Positions 1 through 8,309 of a stretch of 64,000 nt of DNA are shown piece by piece (the first letter of the stretch is position 1; each line of letters begins with the position of its first letter). The notes under the pieces are model-generated. The model made no database searches. It worked only from the letters and a program-made list of their open reading frames with translations, and had not been told where the DNA came from. The position numbers and the translations under genes were made by a program. This DNA comes from an uncultured Acidobacteriaceae bacterium (GTDB lineage: Bacteria > Acidobacteriota > Terriglobia > Terriglobales > Acidobacteriaceae). Location: positions 295,831 through 359,830 of the forward strand of contig CAWFRI010000003.1 in the NCBI GenBank assembly GCA_963818235.1. Direction: 5' to 3'.

Positions 1-974
1 CGGAACCCTTCGTTCCCGGCCATCGCACGTGTGCCGGTTGCGGGCCATCCATTCAATACCGGATGACGAGCAAAGCCGCGGGCGACAATACGATCTTGGT
101 CGGGCCGACCGGCTGTATGTATGTTGCGAACAGTTCTTATTTGTGCACGCCTTACAACGTGCCGTGGGCGCACACCCAGATCGGCAGTTCGGGAAGTTTC
201 ACCGCCGGTGTCGCCGCCGCGTATGAAGCCATGATCCGCAAGGGTAAGTGGAAAGGAACATTTCCAAACATCATCTGCGAGGCTGGTGACGGCAGCTCCT
301 CGGACATTGCTCTTGCTTCCATCTCCGGTGCACTGTATCGCAATCACGATTGCCTTATCATCTGTTATGACAACGAGCAATATGCCAACACTGGCATTCA
401 AGCCTCGTCGCGTACGCCTTATGGCGGCATGACCACATTCTCGCCCCCCGGCCCCGAAGTTCCCGAAGGCAAGAAACTTTATCCCAAGGATCTCGCACGC
501 ATGATGGCTGCCGGCCATCCGCACTGCTACGTGGGCACGGCGAGCGTAGGCTACCCGATTGATCTCATGAACAAAGTTCGCAAGGCACTGAACCATAAAG
601 GCGCTGCGTTTCTCATGATCTACACCCCGTGCCAAAAAGGCTTCGTGTATGAGACTCCGCGCTCGATCGATTTGGGTCGGCTGGTTGTTGAATGCGGACT
701 CTATCCGATGTGGGAGTGGGATCCCGAAAAGCGTGAGTTCAATTACAGCTTCCGTCCGGCAAGCATGCGGCCGGTGTCGGAATACTTGAAATTGCAGGGA
801 CGCTTCGGCCATCTTCAGGCCGAGCACATTGCGAACCTGCAGAAATTTGCCAACCAGCAATGGAAGATGGTGGGTGTCCAAGTGCCTGAAGCGCTGATCC
901 AGGCCGCAGACGCGAAAAACCTTGTGAACATGGCTGCTGCATCAGAAGCCCAAGCCGTGGCGGAGACTGTATGA
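1..974 (+). CDS. 2-oxoacid:ferredoxin oxidoreductase, beta (thiamine-diphosphate-binding) subunit; 5' end cut by window edge
   Basis: The frame of the listed 63..974 ORF stays open back to nt 3 (EPFVPGHRTCAGCGPSIQYRM...). This gives the GHRxCxGCG N-terminal motif of PorB/KorB-type subunits. GDGSSSDIALASISGALYRNHD resembles the TPP/Mg-binding GDG...N region. Confidence 0.85.
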   Translation, partial: EPFVPGHRTCAGCGPSIQYRMTSKAAGDNTILVGPTGCMYVANSSYLCTPYNVPWAHTQIGSSGSFTAGVAAAYEAMIRKGKWKGTFPNIICEAGDGSSSDIALASISGALYRNHDCLIICYDNEQYANTGIQASSRTPYGGMTTFSPPGPEVPEGKKLYPKDLARMMAAGHPHCYVGTASVGYPIDLMNKVRKALNHKGAAFLMIYTPCQKGFVYETPRSIDLGRLVVECGLYPMWEWDPEKREFNYSFRPASMRPVSEYLKLQGRFGHLQAEHIANLQKFANQQWKMVGVQVPEALIQAADAKNLVNMAAASEAQAVAETV

Positions 975-1372
975 ACACGAAAATAAGTGCCCCCTTTCAT
1001 CCTGTCGAGTCCGAACCCGAAGCCGAACCGGAAGGACAAGAGAGTTATATTGTCACGGAAGGCAAGAAGCGCGGTGCCACGCGCGACGTGCGGCCAGAAG
1101 CGGCCTACGACCGCTATTACACCGTGCTGCGCGTGCATGCGGGCGATGCTATCCTCACTGACAACTGGCATACCAACGAAGTGCTGGAGCACGCGCGTAA
1201 CAACTTCGAGGGCGTCACCTTCGCCATGCGTACTCTGGAGGCGTGGGGTGCGATGATCGAAAACGATCACCGCGCCTATTACACTGCCGGAGGCCGCATC
1301 TGGATGATGGATCTGGAGCCTTCGGAAGGCAAGAAGAAGCGCCTGCCCGGCACCGGCCCGGTTAAGAAGTAG
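971..1372 (+). CDS. hypothetical protein (133 aa), translationally coupled to the oxidoreductase beta subunit
   Basis: The ATG overlaps the upstream stop (ATGA at 971-974). Acidic N-terminus; no domain recognised. Confidence 0.55.
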   Translation: MNTKISAPFHPVESEPEAEPEGQESYIVTEGKKRGATRDVRPEAAYDRYYTVLRVHAGDAILTDNWHTNEVLEHARNNFEGVTFAMRTLEAWGAMIENDHRAYYTAGGRIWMMDLEPSEGKKKRLPGTGPVKK

Positions 1373-1734
1373 TGCCCCGTATCTTGCTGATCGACGACAC
1401 GCCGGAGATTGCCGAGTTGTTGACGTTCTCGCTGCGTGACATGGGACACGAGGTCTTCGCCTCGGGATTTACCGAAGCCGTGAACGACTTGATCGCGCAG
1501 CAGCACGCCGATGCGCTGGTGCTCGACTGCACAGCATTCGATATGAGCGAAGCATTATTCGATTCCGTGCGCCATCATCCGGATCACGCCGAACTTCCCA
1601 TCGTGATCATCAGCGATACGCCGGAGCAGGCGGACTCGAGCCTGCGTTCGCGGAATGCACAAAAAGTCTTGCTGATCCCCAAACCTTTTACCGGCGCGCA
1701 GGTAGGAAGAGCGATCGCGCAGCTGCTTGCATAA
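1372..1734 (+). CDS. single-domain response regulator (CheY-like receiver)
   Basis: GTG start overlaps the upstream TAG by 1 nt. Receiver signature is complete: LLIDD acidic pair, LVLDC phospho-Asp position, IVIISD and IPKPF (conserved Lys-Pro). No output domain. Confidence 0.8.
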   Translation: MPRILLIDDTPEIAELLTFSLRDMGHEVFASGFTEAVNDLIAQQHADALVLDCTAFDMSEALFDSVRHHPDHAELPIVIISDTPEQADSSLRSRNAQKVLLIPKPFTGAQVGRAIAQLLA

Positions 1735-1736
1735 TC

Positions 1737-2060
1737 ATGCCTTTGTGGAGCATGGACGAATGGCAGTACCTCGAACGAGAGGTAGTCACGGACCCGAAAG
1801 GCCGCCAGTGGACCGTGGCGCTCATGGATGTGCTTGGTCAACAAGGTGATCCTGACATGCCGGACAAATTGCTTGAGCTTCAGTATTCAACCGGACGTTT
1901 TTACACGTTGGTCTACGCTGATGGCGGTGCGTTGCAGCGGGAGCGTGGCTACGCTTCTTTGCCTGAGGCGACGAACGCTTACGGAAATTTGCTGGTGTCG
2001 GTCATTGACGGCAGTCTCGATCCTACGCAGCCAGTGTTTCGGCAGGATCTCGAAGATTGA
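1737..2060 (+). CDS. hypothetical protein (107 aa)
   Basis: Starts 2 nt after the receiver gene stop. Ordinary amino-acid composition; no domain recognised. Confidence 0.5.
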   Translation: MPLWSMDEWQYLEREVVTDPKGRQWTVALMDVLGQQGDPDMPDKLLELQYSTGRFYTLVYADGGALQRERGYASLPEATNAYGNLLVSVIDGSLDPTQPVFRQDLED

Positions 2061-2105
2061 AGAGGAAAAGATTGAATGGAAACGGAGCGTCAAGGCGCGA
2101 AGTCT

Positions 2106-2921
2106 CTAGCGGCCAGGGTCAAGGTCGCGCATGATGACGTGCAGCACTTGTCCCGCCTTGCGCGCATCGCTCTCAGTGATCACTTCCTTAGAAGCCTCAC
2201 ATCCAGAATCCATTCGGTCCCGGTAAGTACGCGCCGCTTGCGGCAGGCGTGCGCATCCGCTGCGTATGAGCCCAGCTTTCTCCGCAGCAACAATGCGAGT
2301 ATCGAACCTCCAATCGGCAATCTTGCCGGCGGGCGCACCCAGCGCATAGAGAGCGTCCGCGCCTTTGTGCTCCAGAGCATCAGTGATGATGGCCTCCAGA
2401 ATTCCGCAGGACGTCATCATTGCCAAATCGTAGTCGCCTTTTTCAAGCGCGGTTCGACTGTCAACGTATGCCTGTTCCAGTACAGGCCGAATCTCCGCAT
2501 TGTGAACGAATTCAAAGCGCCGGGGTATCGGTTGAACCGTGGATGCCGAAGCGATCGCTGTATCGTCCGATTGGGTGAGCGAAGCGACAGCTTGGCCCAG
2601 AACGCCGAGAAGTTGCTGGACGATCTCAGCGGGCGCTGCCCCTTGAGCCGCGCTGCCGTCAGCCGAGCGCATCAGGAAAGCTTCGCTAAAAGATCGCGCC
2701 AGCCAATGCGCCTTGCTTCCTCCGGAGAGTTGATTGATCGTAACTCCGCAGTCTTCCTGCCAGCGCCGAGTGGCCGTAATTGCCGCGTCGTCGGAAGGGT
2801 CAGCGGACAAGGTTTCACGCAACTGCTGTCCGCGACGAATTAATCCGCCGAGGTGGGAGAGGTAAGTTTCGATCTGTACTCGGAGGCTTTCTTCGATCGT
2901 CATCGGGTCAGAGTTTCTCAC
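2106..2921 (-). CDS. hypothetical protein (271 aa)
   Basis: Minus-strand ORF with protein-like composition (helical N-terminal part, ...LEKGDYDLAMMTSCGILEAIITDALEHKG... C-terminal part). The competing plus-strand ORF 2076..2843 is Arg/Ser-rich and looks like an antisense artefact. Confidence 0.6.
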   Translation of the reverse strand: MRNSDPMTIEESLRVQIETYLSHLGGLIRRGQQLRETLSADPSDDAAITATRRWQEDCGVTINQLSGGSKAHWLARSFSEAFLMRSADGSAAQGAAPAEIVQQLLGVLGQAVASLTQSDDTAIASASTVQPIPRRFEFVHNAEIRPVLEQAYVDSRTALEKGDYDLAMMTSCGILEAIITDALEHKGADALYALGAPAGKIADWRFDTRIVAAEKAGLIRSGCARLPQAARTYRDRMDSGCEASKEVITESDARKAGQVLHVIMRDLDPGR

Positions 2922-2979
2922 AGTTCTGCCAGCGGCGGTGCGATCCAGGCGTGTCGAACATTACCGCAAATAGTTTTCG

Positions 2980-3008
2980 TTGACAGTGTAAGGCGGGCGT
3001 GCTAAAGT
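2980..3008 (+). promoter_or_regulatory. candidate sigma70-type promoter for the OxlT-family transporter gene
   Basis: TTGACA (2980-2985), 17-nt spacer, TAAAGT (3003-3008). It lies about 125 nt upstream of the ATG at 3133. Confidence 0.4.
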
Positions 3009-3132
3009 CCCTGCCGCAAGTGGTACGGTAACTAGACCACTATACAGTATCACTTTTTGGTACGAATCTGACCCCGGTCGTTTTTAGCAGTATGAATTGA
3101 CAGTCGAATGCTCCGCAACGAGGTAGCAACCA

Positions 3133-4482
3133 ATGACTGCAACTACAGTTTCACCCAGCTCCCTAATTCATCCTTCCCGTATTCCCAACCGCTGGATCCA
3201 GTTAATCGCAGGCATCGTCGCCATGATGGCGATCGCGAACTTGCAATATGCCTGGACTCTATTTACTAAGCCCATCCAGGCCCACCTGCACGTTTCGCTG
3301 GAGGCTGTCCAGGTAACATTCTTCATATTTGTCGCCCTGGAAACTTGGCTCGTACCCTTTGAAGGTGCCTTGGTCGATCTCATCGGCCCGCGATTCATGC
3401 TGGGCATTGGCTCCATTATGGTTGGGTTGGGCTGGGTCGGATCTGGTCGCGCTGAGACTATAAATGCCCTCTATTTCTGGTACGGCGTGGGCGGCGTCGG
3501 AGCCGGCGTAGTTTATGGAGGCGCCATTGGAAACGCGCTGAAATGGTTCCCAGACTATCGCGGTTTATGTGTCGGCCTCACGGCGGCGGCGTTCGGCATT
3601 GGAACCGCGACGACCATCACTCCCGTCGCCAACATGCTGAAAGCCTCGGGCTACCAGCACACTTTCATCGTTTGGGGAATGATTCAAGGGGTCGTGGTGC
3701 TGGCATCTTCCCTCTTCCTGGCTCGACCACCGGTGGGCTGGACGCCTCCCAACTGGAAGGCGAAAGAAGCGAAGATCAAAGCCAGAATCAACACCTCAGC
3801 CGTCGATATGACGCCTTTGCAGATGGTCTGCCAGCCGTCGTTCTACATCATCTACGTGATGATGACGATGCTAGCCTTCGGTGGGTTGGTGGTCACGGCG
3901 CAGCTCAACCCAATGGCAGCCTCATACCACGTCGATAAAGTGGTAGTCGCGTGGGGCATGACCGCGTTGGTGATGGCCATTACAGTGGATCGCATTTTGA
4001 ACGGCTTGACGCGGCCTTTCTGGGGATGGGTGTCGGATCACATTGGGCGTGAGAACGCCATCTTCATCTCATTCGTCCTCGAGGCAATCGCAGTCTATGC
4101 CCTGCTGCAACTGATAAACCACCCAGTTTGGTTCGTCGCTTTATCCGGCTTGTGCTTCTTTGCCTGGGGCAATATTTTCTCATTGTTCCCATCAATTACC
4201 GGAGATCTCTACGGAAAAAAATGGGCTACCACCAACTATGGCATCGTATATACAGCCAAAGGCGTGGCTGCACTTTTTGCCGGACCCGGCGCGGCCTGGC
4301 TGTTTGCCAAGACCGGCTCCTGGACTAAAGTCTTCTGGGCGATGATCGTTTGTGACTTGATCGCTGCCTTCATGGCCCTGCTATGGCTGAAGCCCTTGGC
4401 GGCCCGCGCGGTTAAGTCCGAGGCTGGCGCGCCGCCGATAGTCAATACAGCCCCCCCTATAAAGGCGAGAGGCGTAGCCTAG
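3133..4482 (+). CDS. MFS transporter, oxalate/formate antiporter (OFA/OxlT) family
   Basis: N-terminal ...NRWIQLIAGIVAMMAIANLQYAWTLF..., then ...FWYGVGGVGAGVVYGGAIGNALKWFPDYRGLCVGLTAAAFGIG... align by eye with Oxalobacter OxlT and other OFA members. About 12 predicted TM segments. Confidence 0.85.
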   Translation: MTATTVSPSSLIHPSRIPNRWIQLIAGIVAMMAIANLQYAWTLFTKPIQAHLHVSLEAVQVTFFIFVALETWLVPFEGALVDLIGPRFMLGIGSIMVGLGWVGSGRAETINALYFWYGVGGVGAGVVYGGAIGNALKWFPDYRGLCVGLTAAAFGIGTATTITPVANMLKASGYQHTFIVWGMIQGVVVLASSLFLARPPVGWTPPNWKAKEAKIKARINTSAVDMTPLQMVCQPSFYIIYVMMTMLAFGGLVVTAQLNPMAASYHVDKVVVAWGMTALVMAITVDRILNGLTRPFWGWVSDHIGRENAIFISFVLEAIAVYALLQLINHPVWFVALSGLCFFAWGNIFSLFPSITGDLYGKKWATTNYGIVYTAKGVAALFAGPGAAWLFAKTGSWTKVFWAMIVCDLIAAFMALLWLKPLAARAVKSEAGAPPIVNTAPPIKARGVA

Positions 4483-4503
4483 CAAAAAGCGGTGACAAAA
4501 CAG

Positions 4504-4536
4504 GCTCCCTTCTTTGCGGAAGAGAGCTCTTTGATT
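4504..4536. terminator. hairpin between convergent genes (probable bidirectional terminator)
   Basis: GCTCCCTTC-tttgcg-GAAGAGAGC stem-loop (8/9 pairs). T-rich tracts flank it on both strands. It sits between the transporter stop (4482) and the MCP stop (4563). Confidence 0.45.
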
Positions 4537-4562
4537 ATTAGTGACGATCCGCAGAACTTCTT

Positions 4563-6275
4563 CTAGCGCGCCGATGCCGCCAGCGCTTTTGGCCGCTGCA
4601 TATCTTCTGAATAAGATTTTTCTTCATCATGGGTCTGCAATTTGAAACTGCCAACCATGTTTTGCAAAGCAAGGGCCAGCTCCGACAAGTCCTGGCAAGC
4701 CTTGGCGGATTGTTGCGCCGCCACCGCTGACTCCTTGCCGAGCTGCGCGATCTGGTCCATGCTTTGATTGACACCAGCCGTTGCTCCCGATTGCTCCGTA
4801 GCCGCAGTAGCAATGTGGGCGATCATCGATCCCACTTCTTCCGACACTTGGATGATCTGTTGCAACGATTCGCCCGCTCGCGCGGTCGATGCGACTCCAT
4901 CCTGTACTTGCTTGCTCCCGCTTTCCATAGCCTTGATCGCGCCGCTGGTTCCCTCCTGGATGGTTGTAATCATCTGAGCGATTTCTTTCGTCGCGGTAGT
5001 AGTCCGCTCCGCCAGTTTACGGACTTCATCTGCCACGACGGCAAAGCCTCGCCCCTGTTCACCCGCGCGTGCGGCTTCGATGGCGGCATTCAGCGCCAAC
5101 AGATTGGTTTGATCGGCAATGTCGTCGATGACTGCCGCAATGCGTCCGATCTGGCCGGTACTCCGCCCCAACTCGCCCATCTCCTTTGCAGTTTTGGTTA
5201 CCGTTTCCGCAATCGATTGCATCTGTACTAAAACTTTCTCAACGACTACCCCGCCCTCGCGAGCAGTTTCTGCGGCCCGGCGCGAAGCTTCTGCCGCATT
5301 CGTGCAGTTCTCTGAAACTTGCTGCACCGTACAGGACATTTCCTGCATGGCGGTTGCAACCTGCGTGGTTTGATCTTTCTGATGGTCGGCGCCCTGGGCC
5401 TGGAGCGTAGCCGAAGACGAAAGCTCCTCACTGGCACTCGCCACTTGGAGCGAGTTTTCCGAGATATCCAAAATCATCCGCTTCAGATTCCCCTTCATCT
5501 TGTTGATGGCCATGGTCAGGTCTCCCAACTCGTCCTGACTTGGAACTGTTAAGTCTTCACCCGTCAGATCTCCTGCGGCAATGGCCTCTGCCTGAACTAG
5601 AACAGAGCGGGTTGCACGCGAAATGCTTCGACTCAGAAAAATGGCAACAGCAATACCGATGCCGAGGGCCACGAGGGCGATCCCCGTCAAGGTCAGATTT
5701 AAAGAGCGGTTATCCGCTTCTAATTTTGCCTTGCTCTCATCTACTAGCCCGTCGAACGACTCTGCCATGCTGCCGAGCGATTTCTTCATGGCAATATTAA
5801 TCGGAGTCGCCCTGTCCGCGGATTCGTTTCCCGCCTTCGCTAAGGCATCTCGTTTGCCGCTGGCCGCATCTTTTATCACAGCCTCCTGAACCGCTCGTAG
5901 CAAAGGTAGTTGCTTCTTAATCTCGCTTAGCCGGTCGCGGTCCTCTTGCTTGCTCCATCCAGTCGCCAATTGTTCCATCCCGGTCATATCTTTGTCGATA
6001 TCTTGCCAAGTGCCCTCGAACAATTTTTTTACTTCTTGCAGTCGCGCTGGTTGGCTTCCCGCGAGGATGGCCTGGCGACCTTTGACCTGGGTCTGGTTCA
6101 AATCACGCTGCAAACGGATCGCAGCTTTGAGCGACGGAACTCGCACTTCGAAGGCGGCGTCTTCCATCCGCTTGATGTGGCGAAACTTCACGTACCTCAT
6201 CGTGGAACTGAAAACCATCAAGCCCAGAACCACGCCAAAGCCCAGTCCCAACTTCTTCCCCAGCGTCAGTTTCAT
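4563..6275 (-). CDS. methyl-accepting chemotaxis protein with HAMP domain
   Basis: Highly conserved MCP signalling hairpin ...[39 protein letters not shown].... Two TM segments flank a periplasmic 4-helix-type sensor. Start moved to the ATG at 6275 (MKLTLGKK..., GGAG 5 nt upstream) rather than the ORF-track start at 6308. Confidence 0.9.
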   Translation of the reverse strand: MKLTLGKKLGLGFGVVLGLMVFSSTMRYVKFRHIKRMEDAAFEVRVPSLKAAIRLQRDLNQTQVKGRQAILAGSQPARLQEVKKLFEGTWQDIDKDMTGMEQLATGWSKQEDRDRLSEIKKQLPLLRAVQEAVIKDAASGKRDALAKAGNESADRATPINIAMKKSLGSMAESFDGLVDESKAKLEADNRSLNLTLTGIALVALGIGIAVAIFLSRSISRATRSVLVQAEAIAAGDLTGEDLTVPSQDELGDLTMAINKMKGNLKRMILDISENSLQVASASEELSSSATLQAQGADHQKDQTTQVATAMQEMSCTVQQVSENCTNAAEASRRAAETAREGGVVVEKVLVQMQSIAETVTKTAKEMGELGRSTGQIGRIAAVIDDIADQTNLLALNAAIEAARAGEQGRGFAVVADEVRKLAERTTTATKEIAQMITTIQEGTSGAIKAMESGSKQVQDGVASTARAGESLQQIIQVSEEVGSMIAHIATAATEQSGATAGVNQSMDQIAQLGKESAVAAQQSAKACQDLSELALALQNMVGSFKLQTHDEEKSYSEDMQRPKALAASAR

Positions 6276-6430
6276 TCCATCTCCTGCGCACCTAAGCATC
6301 CACCGCAAGTCAGAGATCCGGCTTCACGGATCGCAGGCGGATGCTTACGACAGGATTATCGGCACAATATGAGTGAAACATTAGGAGCGCTGGCGCGCCA
6401 GCCTCTATGCTGCGAATGAAAGCAGCCGCG

Positions 6431-7762
6431 CTAGCTGGGCAAGGTTTTGCCGCGCGTTTCCGCGCCAAGGGGAATCAGTAGTAGTCCAACAGCAAAGGCA
6501 ATCGCAGTCATCGCCACCGGGGTTCCCAGCGATCCAAAATGCCGGACGCTGGCTCCCACCAGAAAAGTAATTCCTGCACCGCCAAACCGCGCAAACGACG
6601 TGGAGAATGCGAAAGCACTGGCGCGGCATTCCGTAGGATATTGCTCCGGCAGCCACAAAGTGTAGACGGCAAAGTTGGCCCCGCCCAATCCCAGGAAAAA
6701 TAGGCAAACGAAAAACCAAGGGAGCGCACTCGGACCGAGATAAAAGACTTTGCCGAACGTCAGCGCAATGAAGACCATCATCAGCGTGAAAAAAAACGCG
6801 AGTGCCCCTCGCCGGCCAAACCTCTCGGCCAGGCACGGCATTGCCAAACAGCCTAAAATGGTTGCGAACGAAACCAGCATAACGCCCCAGGAAGCCAACT
6901 GCGCCGCTTGCGCACCAACGTGCCCACCCGCTTCGGCCAGCGATGTAATCGCCGCGGGCACATAGACCGTTCCCGCCCATAGGCCGCAAATGGAAGCCAG
7001 CATCAAGAGCGCATTCAGAATGGTGCGCCTTCGCCATGCTGCCGAAAATAAGGTGGCAAACGGACGCCAAACGGCCCACGACCGGACCACGTTCTCTTTT
7101 CGCTTCCACGCCGCCGGTTCCACAACGCCGTGCCGAATCCAAGCCAGCAGAAGCGCCGGCACCCCGCCGACAATAAACATGGCCCGCCATCCGTAGTGAC
7201 TTCCGATGCCGTAATTGGCCAGTGCGGCCAGAAATATGCCGACGTAATATCCCGTGTGCATCAAGCCCGCGCCCATGCGGCGGCGGCTTTCCGGCCACTC
7301 TTCGGCGACGAATGTCCCGCCCATCGCCCATTCTCCGCCAATACCGACCCCTGCCAGCAGCCGCAAAATAGCCAATTGCCAAACGCTGGTAACGAATGCG
7401 CTCAGGAAAGTGAACACTGAATACCATACGATCGTGAGCATCAGGGTGCGCACGCGGCCAAACTTGTCGCCCACTGGCCCCCATAAAAATGCTAGTCCCC
7501 AGCCCACCAGGAACAGAGCGAACAGCAACCCGCCGTACTGTCCGATGTTGGCTTTAGTGGCCGCGATGCCGGAGCGCGGCAGCAGTTCGCGCAGCGAGGG
7601 AACGAGCACCAGAGCGTATACAAACGAATCTATGCCATCGAGGGTCCACCCACCCCACGACGCCCAGAAGCCGCGAATTTGATTACGGGTTAGAGAGGAA
7701 GATGAGTTCGGTACGGGAACAGGTCCAGCAGGATTCGCTTCGTTCATCGCGGAACGCGGCAT
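6431..7762 (-). CDS. MFS transporter (metabolite/H+ symporter-like)
   Basis: Multi-TM protein with MFS motifs (...GPVGDKFGRVRTL..., ...LRLLAGVGIGGEWAMGG...). The same-strand alternative-frame ORF 6405..7484 is Arg/Gly/Cys-rich and rejected. Confidence 0.8.
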   Translation of the reverse strand: MPRSAMNEANPAGPVPVPNSSSSLTRNQIRGFWASWGGWTLDGIDSFVYALVLVPSLRELLPRSGIAATKANIGQYGGLLFALFLVGWGLAFLWGPVGDKFGRVRTLMLTIVWYSVFTFLSAFVTSVWQLAILRLLAGVGIGGEWAMGGTFVAEEWPESRRRMGAGLMHTGYYVGIFLAALANYGIGSHYGWRAMFIVGGVPALLLAWIRHGVVEPAAWKRKENVVRSWAVWRPFATLFSAAWRRRTILNALLMLASICGLWAGTVYVPAAITSLAEAGGHVGAQAAQLASWGVMLVSFATILGCLAMPCLAERFGRRGALAFFFTLMMVFIALTFGKVFYLGPSALPWFFVCLFFLGLGGANFAVYTLWLPEQYPTECRASAFAFSTSFARFGGAGITFLVGASVRHFGSLGTPVAMTAIAFAVGLLLIPLGAETRGKTLPS

Positions 7763-7892
7763 GGTAGTGGGGAACTATATCAAAACGGCGCGGCTGCGGG
7801 GAAATAAGTCGGAGTTATTTACGCCCCCGGACGGCATGGCAGGGGCATCAGTCACGGAGCCGCATCAAAGTCACCTTGGCAAATCCGGGTTA

Positions 7893-8294
7893 TTACTTAA
7901 GCTTTCCTTCAGCCAGGCAGCATCGGAGGACCCGGCCATCTCGTTGCGACACTAGAACCTGTACCGGACCCTCCGCCGAAAACACAGTCACCCTGGTCCC
8001 CGAAGAAGTTTTTTCAGTCTCATCAGGTCTAAATTTGGGAGCGGTACCTGTAACAGTCCAAGCAGCATCGTCCAATGAAGCTGAGAACGGTTCCTCCCCG
8101 CTCAAGAACTCTTCGTGATAAATGGGGGCTAGCACAGCTTTGGCAATCGTAATCGCGGTCCTGTCATCCGGCACCGCTCCCAGCTTCGGATGGCAACAGT
8201 TCCAGACCATTTCTTCAGTCTTTCCGTTCGAACTACCCATACATGCGAGTAGAAGCATTAGGAGCAAAGGTGAAAGTATAAATTTTAGTCTCAT
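7893..8294 (-). CDS. small lipoprotein, NTF2-fold (YbbC/YhhH-like immunity-type) protein
   Basis: Signal peptide with lipobox (LLLACMG). ...TAITIAKAVLAPIYHEEFLSGEEPFSASLDDAAWTVTGT... resembles the NTF2-fold immunity protein family pattern. Assignment made from memory of the family consensus. Confidence 0.55.
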   Translation of the reverse strand: MRLKFILSPLLLMLLLACMGSSNGKTEEMVWNCCHPKLGAVPDDRTAITIAKAVLAPIYHEEFLSGEEPFSASLDDAAWTVTGTAPKFRPDETEKTSSGTRVTVFSAEGPVQVLVSQRDGRVLRCCLAEGKLK

Positions 8295-8309
8295 AATAAG
8301 CCCCGCTAC

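Noticed and set aside
2076-2843. 255-aa plus-strand ORF
   Set aside because: Arg/Ser/Cys-rich low-complexity translation, typical of the antisense frame of a GC-rich gene. The minus-strand ORF 2106..2921 has normal protein composition.
2106-2921. Possible HEPN-domain nuclease assignment for the orphan 271-aa protein
   Set aside because: Only a loose helical resemblance. The diagnostic Rx4-6H motif is absent (RTYRDRMD has no His), so the assignment was not made.
6405-7484. 359-aa minus-strand ORF overlapping the MFS gene in another frame
   Set aside because: Arg/Gly/Cys/Trp-rich nonsense composition. The 6431..7762 frame encodes a coherent 12-TM MFS protein.
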